Assembly: GCA_951804945.1 (NCBI GenBank)
Contig: OX638158.1
Span: 33,046,001-33,110,000 of the forward strand
Direction of reading: 5' to 3'
Source of the DNA: Podarcis cretensis
Taxonomy: Eukaryota
DNA: 64,000 nucleotides
Shown here one piece after another: positions 61,301 to 64,000 of the stretch; within the stretch, counting starts at the first letter, position 1; each line of letters starts with the position of its first letter. The notes below the pieces were generated by a model that saw only the letters and a program-made list of their open reading frames with translations, had not been told where the DNA came from and made no database searches. Both the position numbers and the translations under genes were made by a program.

Positions 61301-63004
61301 TTGTTTAGGACATGCTGTGATGTTTCTCACTGTTGGAACTCAGTCCACGAGAAAGCATGCATGAACCATAAATTGTGTTATTTTAAAAATATAATTAATT
61401 CCATTTTTTACTTGATCAGGTTGGGTTAAATGGCTTTATTTTAAATGTTACTAGTATATATTGTGATCCATTTTCCATTGTAATTTAACTGTTTTTATAT
61501 ACTGTTCTCTACCTTGAGTTTCCATTGCAAAGTATGGCAGGGTATAAAATTGAGACTCAAGAAAAAATGTGATAATAGTAGACATATGGGGATAGCTCAG
61601 TCGGTAGAGCATGAGACTCAATATGGGTCTGCTCCATATCTTAAGTGAACATGGGGCTGTGATTTTAAATATATTTGGGCTTGAGGGATGACTAAAGGTT
61701 CCCACTATTCTTATTTCCACAATCAATTTTCTGATATCTCTTTTCCACTGACCAGGAATGGACATCAAAAGGAAGTCTGACTTTGAGGATAGTCAAAACA
61801 AAAAAAATTCCTTCCAGTAGCACCTTAAAGACCAACTAAGTTAGTTCTTGGTATGAGCTTTCGTGTGCATGCACACTTTGAGGATAGTGTCTGTGGAAGG
61901 CGTTGCAGGGGAAAAACAGTTATGGGGACATAGCTTAGTATCCCGTGTGTGCTAAACACTTTATCTTTGGTATCACTGGGGTAGGCCCACCTTTAAAATA
62001 CTGTATAGATCTGTCTCCCATCACATGACTTTGAGCGCTAGACAACAAATCCGTTTTAAAGGTCATACCAATTAATAGTTAATAAAAGACTTCATAACAC
62101 TAATTTCTAGAATGCTCACAATACAACATGATGCAATCTCTTTTTTATTGCAGAAGAAAGCCAATATTCTTAACTGAATCAATTACCATTAAGATGCATG
62201 AACCATAGTGTGTCACCAAAAACTAATATTGCTTAAATATATTTCCTCTCCTAATTTTGTCTCAGCTTCTGGGCTGCAATGAAAACACTATATTATCCAG
62301 CTTTGCATCAGTAAACATATCAAGAGGAGCCTCAGATGCACATTTTCAAGTGCAAGTACATTGAATCTTCCAGATATCACACAAATTCTACAAGCTCTGA
62401 AAGGAATTATATACCTTAAAATTATTACCCATGGAGCAATCAACTCTGCAGCAAGCTTTTCATGAAGACCACACTGCTCAGCAATTTTTTCATTTGCTGA
62501 CAAAAATGGGATCTGGGTAGCCCTGGGCTATTTTTCAGTCTAATGCATCTCAGAAGATTCAGTTGGTAGCCGTGCTGATCTGATGCAGTTGAAATAAATA
62601 AAAAAATTGTCCAGTAGCACCTTAGAGACTGACTAAGTTTGTTCTGGGTATAAGTTTTCATGTGCATGCACACTTCTTCAGATACCATATGTGCATGAAC
62701 ACAAAAGCTTATATACCCAGAACAAACTTAGTTGGTCTCTAAGGTGCTACTGGACAATTTTTAATATTTTTTTTTTATGTATCTCAGAAGATTGGTGTAA
62801 AGGTATATTGCCTTGAGATCCTTGATGAAAGCATGCAATACAAAGGTGATAAATAAAAAACCAGATTGGTGGATTAATTGCTAAAGTTTCAGATCTGTGA
62901 AACTTTACATCTTGCCAAATTTTTATTACTATTTATTTCTTCATTTTGACTTACTACTTACCTTTGCTTTGGGTTTAGGTGCCAGAATCACCTTCTTCTT
63001 TGCC
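55287..63004 (-). CDS. UBN2: Ubinuclein-2 (HIRA histone chaperone complex), 3' part; upstream exons lie beyond the window
   Basis: join(62962-63004, 59452-60987, 56932-57178, 56055-56144, 55287-55336); AKKKVILAPKPKAK | DSSPKKEQ..ICLDDSLDEDLS..LREEKLASIMSKLPL.. | STTGASLLANASPLTLMTSPL..FQFPLELLGF.. | NLLKSL.. | DGGQSKGDTKLQRKTQ*; the UBN2-FMC1-LUC7L2 order matches known synteny. Confidence 0.94.
56055..56144 (-). CDS. UBN2: UBN2 penultimate exon
   Basis: LLKSLPPGAQHATALSHTPLPAHLQQAYT; G|GTAAGG donor. Confidence 0.92.
56932..57178 (-). CDS. UBN2: UBN2 exon (STTGASLLANASPLTL...HHSLAQ)
   Basis: ATACAG acceptor, A|GTAAGT donor. Confidence 0.94.
59270..59362. mobile_element. Short palindromic MITE family (related copies at about 26763-26850, 41095-41178 and 57560-57635)
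   Basis: ..AATCCTACACATG..AGTTCCACTGAACTCAATGAGGCTTACTTC..CATGTAGAGAATTGCA fold-back structure, recurring in the window. Confidence 0.5.
59452..60987 (-). CDS. UBN2: UBN2 large Ser/Pro-rich exon (1536 nt)
   Basis: 512 open codons including ORF 59437-60810; CAG|GTATGT donor. Confidence 0.95.
61591..61620 (+). pseudogene. tRNA-Lys-like 5' half (tailless retroposed fragment or truncated SINE head)
   Basis: GATAGCTCAGTCGGTAGAGCATGAGACTC flanked by ATATGGG direct repeats. Confidence 0.6.
61794..61874 (-). mobile_element. Penelope-like element fragment carrying the 3' half of a hammerhead motif
   Basis: TCCAGTAGCACCTTAAAGACCAACTAAG..GGTATGAGCTTTCGTGTGCATGCAC; 14-bp TSD ACTTTGAGGATAGT (61780-61793, 61875-61888). 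Confidence 0.8.
62560..62776. mobile_element. Penelope-like element fragment with an inverted (fold-back) terminal repeat
   Basis: Arms about 62602-62672 and 62689-62762 are reverse complements; 17-bp TSD ATG(C/T)ATCTCAGAAGATT (62543-62559, 62777-62793). Confidence 0.82.
62647..62686 (-). ncRNA. Minimal type I hammerhead ribozyme-like motif (Penelope-derived)
   Basis: GGUAU-CUGAAGA-A-GUGUG CAUG CACAU-GAAA-AC-UU-AUACC: helix I GGUAU/AUACC, core CUGAnGA and GAAA, palindromic helix II, minimal helix III. Confidence 0.65.
62962..63004 (-). CDS. UBN2: UBN2 43-nt exon
   Basis: CACTAG acceptor, AAG|GTAAGT donor. Confidence 0.88.
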
Positions 63005-64000
63005 CTAGTGAGCACAAATTTATAGTTAGAGGGCAATCTATGATATTTAACTAAAAGTGTCAGAGCCCTATGAAAGGACTTAAATCTGCTGGCCATAAAC
63101 ACAAGGCTGGCTAGGTATGGGCAGACATGTTCAAAAAGAAAAAAGTGGAAACACAATTTAATTGAAACCCAGGGGAGATTTTGCAAATATGCATGCACCC
63201 AGGATTTTGACTAGAATTTGCTTCTGAGAAGGTGGCTCCACAAAATCCATTTGTTGATCTTTAAACTCACTAACTTACTGAACTTTGAGGTTTAGGTTGT
63301 GTGGACACCATTAGAGAAAGAAACAGAAAATAGTCTCATATCCACATGAAGCACAACTACGCCAAGTCTAAATTTTGGTCCTCCTCTTGAGACAGTTCAT
63401 TTAACAACTGTATTCTGAATCCAAGCTGACCCCCTACTGGAGTACTGAGTCTTCATAATGAAAATGGTGAAAATTTGTAAATGTGCATATACTAGCACTC
63501 TGTCCTGGATCTGAGGCCTGAGCCAAATCAGACATATTGAGAGGGCCTCAGACTAGTCAGGTACATATAGTCACAGGTTGCTGTGAGTTGTATTGAACTG
63601 GCCCAGAGATCCATGACTGTCAGGGGGCAGGGTATCAGGCAGCAGGGAGGAACAAGCAGGGCAGAAAAACCATACAAGGAGGCAAAGAGCTCTCTGATAA
63701 GTGGCTGCGTCTTCCTAGGGGAAGGTAGGCGATGCTGCAGCTCTCCTTCTTGCCTGACAACCTGCAGGATCAATGCCTCCACTGAACTTCACAAGCAGGA
63801 AAGCCATTTACAAAGCAGTCCCACACAGGATTGGTCCTATTAGCTAGGGATCATGGGAGTTGTAGGCCAAAACATCTGGAGGGCCGCAAGTTGGGGTGCC
63901 TGATCTAGATCAGTAATTTCAAACATCATCTTTCTCACAAACGCCTCCTTCCACTTTCAACATTTCATCGCAATAATATTCAGTTAATTCTATTCTGTGA

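Noticed and set aside
61591-61620. Second functional tRNA gene
   Set aside because: Only the 5' half is present; no T arm or B box.
62689-62720. Plus-strand hammerhead in the right arm of the Penelope fold-back
   Set aside because: Lacks CUGAnGA, and its GAAA core is mutated (CACAAAAGC).
1180-63004. Idea that the genes next to U12 contain U12-type introns
   Set aside because: All reconstructed introns are GT-AG with U2-type donors; none has the RTATCCTT 5' signature.

Overview
Vertebrate nuclear DNA from a squamate reptile (Sauria SINEs, CR1, hAT/Tc1-mariner MITEs, Penelope fragments; a lacertid lizard is my guess). Four protein-coding genes lie on the minus strand. In window order they are POLDIP3 (9 coding exons, 414 aa, complete), LUC7L2 (10 coding exons, 400 aa, complete), FMC1/C7orf55 (2 exons, 111 aa, complete) and the last five recognisable coding exons plus an approximately 8.5 kb 3'UTR of UBN2. 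There are two RNA genes: the minor-spliceosome U12 snRNA (+ strand, head-to-head with POLDIP3, with SPH/octamer, PSE and 3' box) and tRNA-Arg(CCT) (- strand, upstream of FMC1). The best second-look items are: (1) two hidden alternative exons in LUC7L2 intron 1, each of which would break the exon-1 reading frame yet carries its own ATG in frame with exon 2 (poison exon or N-terminal swap); (2) Penelope-derived minimal hammerhead-ribozyme motifs in the sense strand of a UBN2 intron; (3) a tailless tRNA-half insertion; (4) a nested CR1/hAT/LTR-like insertion carrying an antisense promoter; (5) linkage of genes that lie on different human chromosomes. Exon boundaries were read by eye from GT-AG sites and frame continuity. 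Comparisons with human sequences are from memory and need database confirmation.
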